Of a DNA stretch of 64,000 bases, positions 53,801 to 64,000 are shown piece by piece. This stretch comes from Octopus vulgaris (taxonomy: Eukaryota): contig OX597825.1 of assembly GCA_951406725.2 (NCBI GenBank), forward strand, positions 78,058,001 to 78,122,000. The letters are read 5' to 3'. Numbering within the stretch: position 1 is the stretch's first letter; each line of letters begins with the position of its first letter. The notes below the pieces were generated by a model that worked only from the letters and a program-made list of their open reading frames with translations, did no database searches and was not told the DNA's origin. The position numbers and the translations under genes were made by a program.

Positions 53801-54793
53801 GATGATGATGATCATGATAATGATTAATATTAATAAAAACATCATTGCCAATCTTGGCAAAGAGAATATACATACATTCATACATTGATTCATACATACG
53901 CACAAATTGATATAGACAATTGATATATATACAGATGCGTGTGTGTATAGGCTCTCATATAGCTTTCCATCAATCCATCCATCCATTCATCCATACATAC
54001 AAACATAATACGTATACATATATATAAGTGATCTTAAGGATATACCTTATGTATATATATATGTGTGTGTGTATATACATACATAAATATACAAATTATA
54101 TATGTGTATATATATATATGTGTAAATATATATATAGATAGATAGATACATGCATACATACATGCATACATGCATGCATACATACATATACATACACACT
54201 CGAACGCATACGCGCGCGCACACATATTATAGTTCTAAATATACATGCGCAACCAACACTTGTGTATGTGTATAGCAATTCCCAATATTTTTACATAACC
54301 GCATAACACGCAAACAACATCGAAGCTAAGAAATATTTTCATGCATAGCTGCTCCTACATTCTCTATCTTTATCGTATTCGAAGTCTTCATATCTCTACC
54401 CACTTCTGTCTACATTACCTACCTCCTTATTTATTTATGTATATATTTATTTACTTATTTTTTGTTCATTCTGTTCCATCATCATCTGATCTGCCTCTCC
54501 TCTCTTCGTTTCGATTAGTTTACTAACGCTGACACGTCCTTCCTTCCTCCTCCCCCCCCCCCCCAGCACCGCAAACCACTCCACCAATATCCACTAGTAA
54601 GGATGTCCAGTAGACACGGTTTCTTGAGCTTTCTATTGTTGCTTTTATTGCGCTTCTCAAACGACTAATCAACACTGAACGAGCATAATAATGTCTTATA
54701 TACTCGCCTCATTCAGATATTTTCTTTGTTTCCCTTTTCTCCCACCCACTCATACTCAATTCTTTTATACATATATAAGTGTACAAATGTATG

Positions 54794-54832
<39 letters not shown>

Positions 54833-55383
54833 TTGGATTTCTGGAAGTCATACGATTTCGTTTCGTCCGCGCCCAACCATCGTTTATACTTGACTACACT
54901 GCGATATTAAGACGCCATTTTGACTCTTCGTTGCTTGTCTTTCTGCTTCTTCTCCTCCCTCCGTTATCGTCTGATTTTATTTACGTTCGTTCGTCTTATT
55001 TAAGCACACTTTGTTTCTTTGTTTGTTTGCTTTTTTTTTTGCTGGTGGAGTTGTTGTTGTTCGGGTTTTTTTTTCCTTCTTTTTTTTTTTTTTTTACTCA
55101 ATATAACTTTGAATGAAAAGATGCACGAACAAGAATACACATACTCGGATACTGGAACATGCAGGAACCTCATACACACTCAAACACAAATACCAAACAA
55201 ACAAGTATATAATTTTTTAAAAAAACATACAAAGTAAATCATTCATGCATAGACACAGCAACATAGACACAAGAAAATAATACATGCATACATATATAAA
55301 TACATATACATATACATATACATATATATACATCTTTAAATGCATAGACATATATATATATGCTTACATATATACATGGACAG

Positions 55384-55455
<72 letters not shown>

Positions 55456-55602
55456 ACATATATACATAGACACACACACATATACATATATATATATAAT
55501 ACAGATAGATGGACGTATATAAATATGTATATATATATATGTGTATATATATACATATATATATATATATATTCGTATATATATAAATGTGTATGTATAT
55601 TC

Positions 55603-55645
<43 letters not shown>

Positions 55646-56305
55646 AACGTATACATATATATATATATGTATGTATGTGTGTATCTATATATAAAGTACA
55701 TAGATAATATATATATATTATAATATACGTTGTAGATACAAGCTAAAAGACGTAAATATATGTTTATACACACACTCCCACACACAAACATACATACACT
55801 CACTCACACACACCTTCAGACACAAGCATACCTATATCCATATAAACATACACATACAGTCACATCCAATCCATACATACCTACATACCTACAAGCCTGT
55901 AGAGTCTCGTAGAAGCCAACATACACATATACAAAAAGCAAAACAGCAATTAGAGAGAATCGCACCAGAACATTCACATAGAGCAATAGACACATCACAT
56001 GTACTCGCATGGATATACAGGCTCACGCCCAGACAATCGCATCGTCCCTTAGTCTTAAACATGCAGCTGCGCACACATATAACAGAGAAGATATTATTGT
56101 TATGAGAAACAAAATATTTGCGTGTAGATTAAATAAATAATATTAAATTAGAAGAACGTTTTTATTCTCTGTGATATTGTTTATTTACTTTATAAATATG
56201 CGTGTGATTGTATTTAATGTGAGAGTGTATGTATGTGTGTGTTTATATTTATGCGTACGTTTCTTTATATATGTATATAAACAATATACGTGTAAATATA
56301 ATTAT

Positions 56306-56337
<32 letters not shown>

Positions 56338-57149
56338 AAGTCTTAAACCAAATATATACGTTTTATTTATTATTTTGCACTTTACTTAATCATAGGTATA
56401 TTATTGTTATTTCATATTTAATATTTCTTTTATATGTAATTTTCTAGATGGTGTAATTTAATTTTTCATTTTGAATTGATAAAAGGTGGTCTTTTTCTAC
56501 TTTATATATATATTATATTTTGTGAAATTTGATTTAGTATTTCTAAATTGAATTTTTCCCTGTAAGTTAGGAATAATATTCCCTCAAATTATATATATAT
56601 ATGCGAAACATTCAAACACTGAGATTTGAAATCAGATGTCACTACTGTTCATATCATCTGTGGATAAATTTTAGAATTGATGATATCACCAGCAGTGACA
56701 TGGGTGGATCGCAGGCACAATAGCATTAAATAGCTATGACTTATGAATTTGTACGAAGCGTAAGGATGCTTAACAAGCATCCACTTGCTAGAAATAAGAG
56801 CGAAAGTCTTAAATTTATCCACCGTACCGCACCAAGATCACAGCTCTCTTTAGTCTAACTATATATATATATATATAATTATAATTAAGGGTTAAAAGCA
56901 ACAAGTTGCTCAAAACCACATACCGAAAATATTAGAAATAGCAGCCAAAATTGGTCACTATTTCCTCTACTAGTAAAAAGTCTCCACAAACAAACAGAAT
57001 TTGTAAGCTGTATATGGCAAGAATTTATAATTTTATTAAATTAATTGTATTCCACCCTTTATTGCATATTGAATATATATATATGTGTGTGTATGTGTGT
57101 GTATGTGTGTGTATACACCGAGACTGAAGAGAGATGGGAAGATGGATAG

Positions 57150-57298
<149 letters not shown>

Positions 57299-57767
57299 CA
57301 AACAGACACACACACAGACATACAAATACACAGGCTGATTGATAGACACAGAGGGAGAACTCATATAAAATAGACAGTATATATTTTTTATATGTGTCAG
57401 AAAGTGCTCAAAATATAAATTTTTTTAAATAATATAAAGAACTATAGAAAATAAATAAATATATACATGTAGAAGTCCTTTCGTCCGATGTTCTACCTGT
57501 TCTGCTTATTCGTGGAATCCTCCTCTCTGCTTCTCAACCTTGATGGTTCCGTGAGCAGTATTCCAGCCGAGAATCCCTCCGTATTAGCAGTCGCTTTACA
57601 CCCAAGAACCATACTTTCCAGTAGTTAAATCTTTCCCAAACTTATTCCATTCCATTCCATCAGCTTCGCCAACATAGAACATCATATGCTAAATACGAAA
57701 ATACCTCTAAGACAACAAAAGAATGAAGGCGACCTCGATATTATGTAAATAGAGGAATGTATCTGTC

Positions 57768-57917
57768 AAAGTAATATGTGAAAATTATTCGGTAGCCATG
57801 ATAAAACTCCGAGTTTCGGATGCCGAGGTGGAAATCCACCACGCCATCTCTTCAGCTATCTGGCCTTCTCCGAAACTCGGAGTTTTATCATGGCTACCAA
57901 ATAATTGTCACATATTA

Positions 57918-57921
<4 letters not shown>
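57768..57921. repeat. Fold-back element: 53-bp inverted arms, abutting (TA)n
   Basis: 57768-57820 is the reverse complement of 57869-57921 with 2 mismatches. Confidence 0.9.
57802..57858 (-). ncRNA. Type I hammerhead ribozyme motif
   Basis: Minus strand TAG-CTGAAGA-GATG..(GGTGGA-TT-TCCACC)..CATC-C-GAAAC-TCGGA-GTT-TTA. Confidence 0.68.
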
Positions 57922-57974
<53 letters not shown>

Positions 57975-57985
57975 CTGTGTGTGTA

Positions 57986-58053
<68 letters not shown>

Positions 58054-59194
58054 TGCATACATACATACACACCATAAATGATGGTGGTCGATAAGTTATC
58101 AGTTATCAACGATTCCATGAAAGGGTTAATGACATAAGAATTTGCCGACATCTCCTCGACACTGACAGATATCTAAGAACACCGACAGACAGATAGACAT
58201 CCTACACGTACATCGTACATATATATACCTATTCATACAAGCATCTTAGGACACAGAATTTTTTCACATAGAGACGTCATAGAATGAAATCGATCACAAA
58301 CCTATTCCCATCATTGGCCCATAGATACGCTGTGTCCATTCGCTGTCCTTTCTATAACAGATACACCAACCTCCACTCCTCAGAGGTGTCTAGTGTCATT
58401 CCATCTTCTCTCAAATTCTACTGATTAACTCATCCTTCCTCTCATTCCCAATAATGTCACCACTTAACCCAGGGGCCGTACAAACCACAATATCGAAGCC
58501 TTTGTCCCCGCTGCTCCGAAAAGTACGTTTTTTGGATTTTCATCCGTTCCGTGATTTTTTTTTTGTTCCTGCTGACATCGACTTAAGACATTTTCATTAG
58601 AACATTAAAGCCATCAATACCAAGAGTTCCTGTGAATCTGAGAAATCTTAGAGCATCTCCAATTCTTCCAAGCCAAACCAAAGTAGACGACCTCAAAGAA
58701 AGAAAAACAGAATATTTTAAGCCTTTACGGCCCGAGTTCGAATATCTCTGAGGTCGATTTTTCTTTCAACCTTCTGCAATCGATATATGACACTCCAGCC
58801 AAACCCCACCAGATGTGAGCACGTGTGCCTAATTTAGTAATCAATGACTGTAATAAATATTAATCAATTGTTATTGTTATTGATGAGAAAATTACTGGCC
58901 CAGTTAATGTCCTTTTTGTATGTTATCGGTTACACCCCTTCAATTAGCTGAAATGGGTATACGCATAAATTACATATAAACAAATACGTATATATATATT
59001 CATATATATATATATATATATACAAATAAGAAAATGGAGGAACAAATTCATTTCGAACATCAACTTACAGATATTACCATTTCATTTTATTTATTAATTA
59101 TATAAATAGGAACATGAAAATCGAACAAAACAATATACATCAATATGCAATATACCATAAGAAAAATATACCCTCATAACCCCTATCTTTCTTT

Positions 59195-59232
<38 letters not shown>

Positions 59233-59240
59233 TACATACA

Positions 59241-59496
59241 GTGGAGGCGCGTGGCTTAGTGGGTTGAGTGTCAGAGTGGTTAGAGTGATTGTAAGATTGA
59301 GGCTTCGATTCCTGGACCGGGCGACGCGTTGTGTTCTTGAGCAAAACACTTCATTTCACGTTGCTCCACTCCACTCACCCAGCAAAAATTAGTAACGCTG
59401 CGATAGACTGGCGTCCCATCCAGCTGGGGAACACATACGCCATAGAAACCGGGAGACCGGACCAATGAGCATGGCTAGGCTTTAAATAGGGCGCAT
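59241..59496 (+). mobile_element. tRNA-derived SINE family D
   Basis: A box TGGCTTAGTGG, B box GCTTCGATTCC, CORE-like TTGTGTTCTTGAGCAAAACACTT, 3' GACTGGCGTCCCATCCAG. Confidence 0.85.
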
Positions 59497-59533
59497 TTTC
59501 TTTTACAGATACATACATACATACATGCACACA

Positions 59534-59729
59534 CAGGAGCATAATTAGGGTAAATGGGCCCCAAAGCAGCCATCAAAATTGCGCCTCCCCATCACCACCA
59601 CCACCACCAAAAAGTGGAAACACGTATAGAAATGGCTCAATTAGTAAATCATCTTGGCCAAAATTACGCCCCACTCAAAGTGGCACCTAGGGCATGTGCC
59701 CTGTTTGCACCACATTAGCTACGCCCCTG
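59534..59729. mobile_element. hAT-like MITE
   Basis: Imperfect TIRs CAGGAGCATAATTA / TAGCTACGCCCCTG; inverted partial copy at 61393-61512; no clear TSD. Confidence 0.6.
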
Positions 59730-59733
59730 TATG

Positions 59734-59778
<45 letters not shown>

Positions 59779-60030
59779 GTAGGTAGGTAGGTAGGTAGGT
59801 AGGTAGGTAGGTAGGTAGGTAGGTTGGTAGGTATGTAGGTAGGTTGGTAGGTAGGTAGGTAGGTAGGTAGGTAGGTACGTATGTTTGTATGTATTCAAAG
59901 ATGATTACGTAAGTAGTAGAAGGACCGATGGATATAGAGATATGTATATTATCTATTTGTGTATGTGTCTGTGTGTGTGTGTACGTATAATCATATACAT
60001 GTATGTATATATATATATATATATATATAT

Positions 60031-60476
60031 GAAAAAACAAGTCAAAAATAGAAAATGCTAAGATAATTTTATAGTGAATCTTTCAGTACCGGTTTCGGTC
60101 ATTTTGAGACCTTTTCAACTGTAACGATTAAATAATTAAATTTAGAAAAATTAGAAGAAAAGTTTTTAAAAGAATATTTCTGTCGTAGTGTTCAGATATA
60201 AGTAGCATTCTGCCTTTCTCTGACTCCCTTGTTTGCACTTGTGTGCAAACGACCTCGAACACACAAGTGCAAACAAGGGAGTCAGAGAAAGGCAGAATGC
60301 TACTTATATCTGAACACTACGACAGAAATATTCTTTTAAAAAAACTTTTCTTCTAATTTTTCTAAATTTAATTATTTAATCGTTACAGTTGAAAAGGTCT
60401 CAAAATGACCGAAACCGGTACTGAAAGATTCACTATAAAATTATCTTAGCATTTTCTATTTTTGACTTGTTTTTTC
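60031..60476. repeat. Near-perfect palindrome, 215/217-bp arms, 14-nt loop, within (TA)n
   Basis: 60031-60245 is the reverse complement of 60260-60476; the only difference seen is a 2-nt homopolymer indel. Confidence 0.97.
60386..60423 (+). ncRNA. Minimal hammerhead with U3:A8 core (mirror copy at 60084-60121, minus strand)
   Basis: CAG-TTGAAAA-GGTC(TCAAAAT)GACC-GAAAC-CG-GTA-CTG; palindromic stem III ACCGGT, GUA triplet. Confidence 0.72.
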
Positions 60477-60506
60477 ATATATATCAACTCGTGTGTTCCT
60501 TTCCAC

Positions 60507-60604
<98 letters not shown>

Positions 60605-60724
60605 GCGTGCGCATGTGTGTTTGTGTGTATACGCACAAGCGCACAACAATTATTTTATAAGTTGGTTCTGTACTCTTACAAAGAAAGAGAGAAATACAGA
60701 TGGATATGTGATGTGGACAGTTAA

Positions 60725-60814
<90 letters not shown>

Positions 60815-61114
60815 GGTTATGTAAACAAATCGTTACATATCTACTCACATATAAACATACAGTTACTATACAGATACAAAAGATATATATATATATATCT
60901 TTTGTATATGTGTATATATATTATACAAATCCATATATACACACATACGTAAAGATATCGATTACATCAATCAATTAATCAATCGATCGATCGATCTATC
61001 TAGGTAGCTAACTCTCTTCTAAGAAGAGTTTTGCACCAACAATGTTGTTTTCTCCACCTAAACAAACAGTCCAATTACACAAACCTCCTTCTCTAATCAT
61101 ATCCCTTTCTACCA

Positions 61115-61150
<36 letters not shown>

Positions 61151-61392
61151 GTTGTGGTGGTGTTGCTGTTGTTGTTGTTGTTTCTTTTATGTCAATCCTA
61201 AATCAATTACTAGTAGTTATATTCCTTTCAACATGAATCGGAAATCTTTACAGTTATCTTCCCTTAACGAAGTCTAAACAAGGCCGCACACCACATCAAC
61301 TCCTAACCACGTTTAAGCGTCCCAAGTGAGAGAAAAAAAAAACCTAATAAATACACTAAGACATTTCTATTTCATTATATATTTTATACACA

Positions 61393-61512
61393 CAGGGGTG
61401 TAGCTAAGGTGGAGCAAGCAGGGCACATGCCCTGGGTGCCACTGTGAATGGGGTGCAATTTTGGCCAAGATCATTTTCTAATTAAGCCATTTCTGTGCGA
61501 GTTTCCACTTTT
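61393..61512. mobile_element. Partial inverted copy of the hAT-like MITE
   Basis: CAGGGGTGTAGCTAA...GGGCACATGCCC...TTTTGGCCAAGAT...GTTTCCACTTTT matches the reverse complement of 59610-59729. Confidence 0.75.
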
Positions 61513-61514
61513 AT

Positions 61515-61870
61515 CCTTTTGTCGTTTGCTTGTTTCAGTTACTGGGCTGCGGCCATGCTGGGGCATCGCCGTGAAGGGCTTTCATCGAACGAATCGACAT
61601 AATATTAATATTTTAATCGCACTTATTCTTGCGGTCTTTTGTTGTCAAACCGCCAATGTTATTGTAATGAAAATAAACCAACACCGGTTGTCAGTTGGTG
61701 TGGGGGAAAAACAAAGAGTTTTCTTTGTTTCCATCCACCAAGGTCGGTCACAGTGGTTTGGTGGACTCAGGGCTGTAATAGATAATATTTACCCAAATTG
61801 CCATGCAGTAGGACTGAACCCGAATCCAGAGTGCTGGGACGCAAACTCCTTACCACACAGCTACGCCCTG
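61515..61870 (-). mobile_element. Degenerate SINE family A
   Basis: TTGTTTCAGT..CTGCGGCCATGCTGG...GGACTGAACCC...CTTACCACACAGC. Confidence 0.7.
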
Positions 61871-62204
61871 TGCTTTTATTTATTTTATCGAATTACTTAC
61901 TGAATTAATTACCCAGTGGTTGGGGTTTTTTTTGCTTGTCCATCAACAAAGTCTTCTTTTGATGGACACAACATGTCTATGGCGCAGTGTGACCGGGTTG
62001 TTGAGAAGTTTGCTTGCTGACCAAGATGCTTCTTGAAAACATCTACTTCCATTCCTTATAGGTCAACCATTTTTTTTACACATGAACCCCTTTTATTTCT
62101 TGGTTGAACACCCCCCCTAGCGTGTGAGGAAAGTGAAACCTTATGGCAGGGACATAAGAGATAACTGAGGAAAGAAAACTCCGAATGACCCGTCCTGGTT
62201 TTTT

Positions 62205-62345
62205 CTTGTCCCCTTTTTTGTATCATCTGTCTGTATGTTCTGTTGTCCCCTTTTTTGTATCATTTATCTGTCTGGATGTTTTGTTGCCCCTTTTTTGTAT
62301 CATATAGCTGTCTGGATGTTTTCTGTTCTTGTCCCATTTTTTTGT
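62205..62345. repeat. Short minisatellite (about 38-bp unit, 3-4 copies)
   Basis: Repeated TTGTCCCCTTTTTTGTATCAT..CTGTCTGGATGTT. Confidence 0.75.
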
Positions 62346-62592
62346 ATTCCTTCATATATACATATGGTAGCGTACGTACACTTTGGTCTCTTATATGTAA
62401 GTACATTATATATATATAGATATATATATGAATTTTGTACGACTCTCTTATTCTTTCATTCTTTCTTTCTTTCCCTCGGCCCCTTCACACTTCGTTCTTT
62501 CCACTCTTCTGTCTCAATTATACCTTTATAATTAATTATTATTAGCAATTGCATGACAATAACTAATAAAATATTTTAGATATTGCAAATAC

Positions 62593-62671
<79 letters not shown>

Positions 62672-63077
62672 TGGAATAATAATCTAAGAGGTTTCTAGAC
62701 TATTTGGGTTCTATTTCTAGCAGACTGGTGTTGTAATCATTCAACACCTTTATTATAATTTTAATATAAATTAATCATTAAAGTATTTTAGTATGATGGC
62801 CTCTGATAAATCATTAAATAATACCTTTCTCCTAATCACGTATATATATATATATATATATATGATTTAAAACGGAGGCCGGACATATTCGTGGCCAATC
62901 TGTGAAAGATCTGTGAAAGTAAATGCATATGTGTACATACACACACACATTCTCTCTCTCACACACATACACACACACATATCTATGTATATGCATACAT
63001 ATACATACATGCATATACATACATATACATACATACATACATGCATACATACATACATACATACATACATACATACA

Positions 63078-63108
<31 letters not shown>

Positions 63109-63369
63109 GCATACATACATTCAGACAGACCATCAGACAGACAGACACAGAGTTACCTATTTATCTAACAATAAGCCGTCCATTATGTCCGCCTTGTTCA
63201 ATAGTTAGAAGTGGAGCTTCAAGCAGACATTCGAGAATTCTTCAAGAAACACTCCAAGATATTTCGCCACTTAAACAATTCCATTCCATAAAAGTGTTGA
63301 TGAAAATTGCACTTTTTTTTTATTCATCACCAAGAAAACTACTTAAACACCATGTTTTAAATTTTCAAA

Positions 63370-63472
63370 TCATCGTCATCACCATCATCATCATCATCAT
63401 CCTCAAGCACCATCAACAGCATTGACAGCAACAGTAGCATCATTATTATCCTCCTCCTCCTCCTCCTCCTCC

Positions 63473-63564
<92 letters not shown>

Positions 63565-63630
63565 GTCGTCATCGTCATCATCGTCATCACCACTGCTAGC
63601 TGAAATACTATCAACATCGTCATTGTCATT

Positions 63631-63688
<58 letters not shown>

Positions 63689-63737
63689 CCACCACCACCG
63701 TCATCATCATCATCCTCACAACTATCACTACATCCAA

Positions 63738-63784
<47 letters not shown>

Positions 63785-63960
63785 CAACTATCACTACATC
63801 CAACATCATCATCCTCATCATCATCATCATCACCACCACCGTCATCATCATCATCCTCACAACTATCACTACATCCAACATCATCATCATCATCATCATC
63901 ATCAGTAGCAGCAGCAGCAGCGCCACCACCACCACCACCAGCATGGTCATCATGTCCACC
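63370..63960. repeat. (CAT)n compound microsatellite with repeated ACAACTATCACTACATCCAAC interruptions
   Basis: Direct reading; the interruption recurs at about 63718, 63785, 63858. Confidence 0.95.
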
Positions 63961-64000
63961 ATCGCCAACATCCTACCGTCACCACTTCCGCCAAATATCT

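Noticed and set aside
58115-58130. AAAGGG|TTAA piggyBac-like end
   Set aside because: No partner end or internal homology; expected by chance

Overview
Very AT-rich, microsatellite-saturated eukaryotic non-coding DNA. Its repeat families (tRNA-headed SINEs, (TA)n/(CATA)n/(GATA)n/(AAT)n seas) look like those of an octopod cephalopod genome; this is an inference. No intact protein-coding gene is supported, and nearly all ORFs in the track are microsatellite read-throughs. Recognisable content: a decayed Tc1 transposase with one TIR, a mariner end, MITEs, a composite non-autonomous Helitron, a HINE/Helentron-like element, at least four SINE families, and 3' ends of three non-LTR retrotransposon families each tied to a different microsatellite. 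A ~3 kb duplication flanks a 100-N gap and is probably an uncollapsed haplotype pair with a MITE presence/absence difference. The most striking signal is about 16-18 type I hammerhead-ribozyme-like motifs, mostly with the minimal or palindromic stem III of Penelope-like elements. They sit in short elements next to microsatellites, several as fold-backs, including a near-perfect 215-bp-arm palindrome whose ribozyme has a compensatory U3:A8 core, and a ~317-bp tandem retrozyme-like repeat. One short minus-strand segment may be the last coding exon of a host gene. All calls were made by eye; coordinates of decayed elements are approximate.
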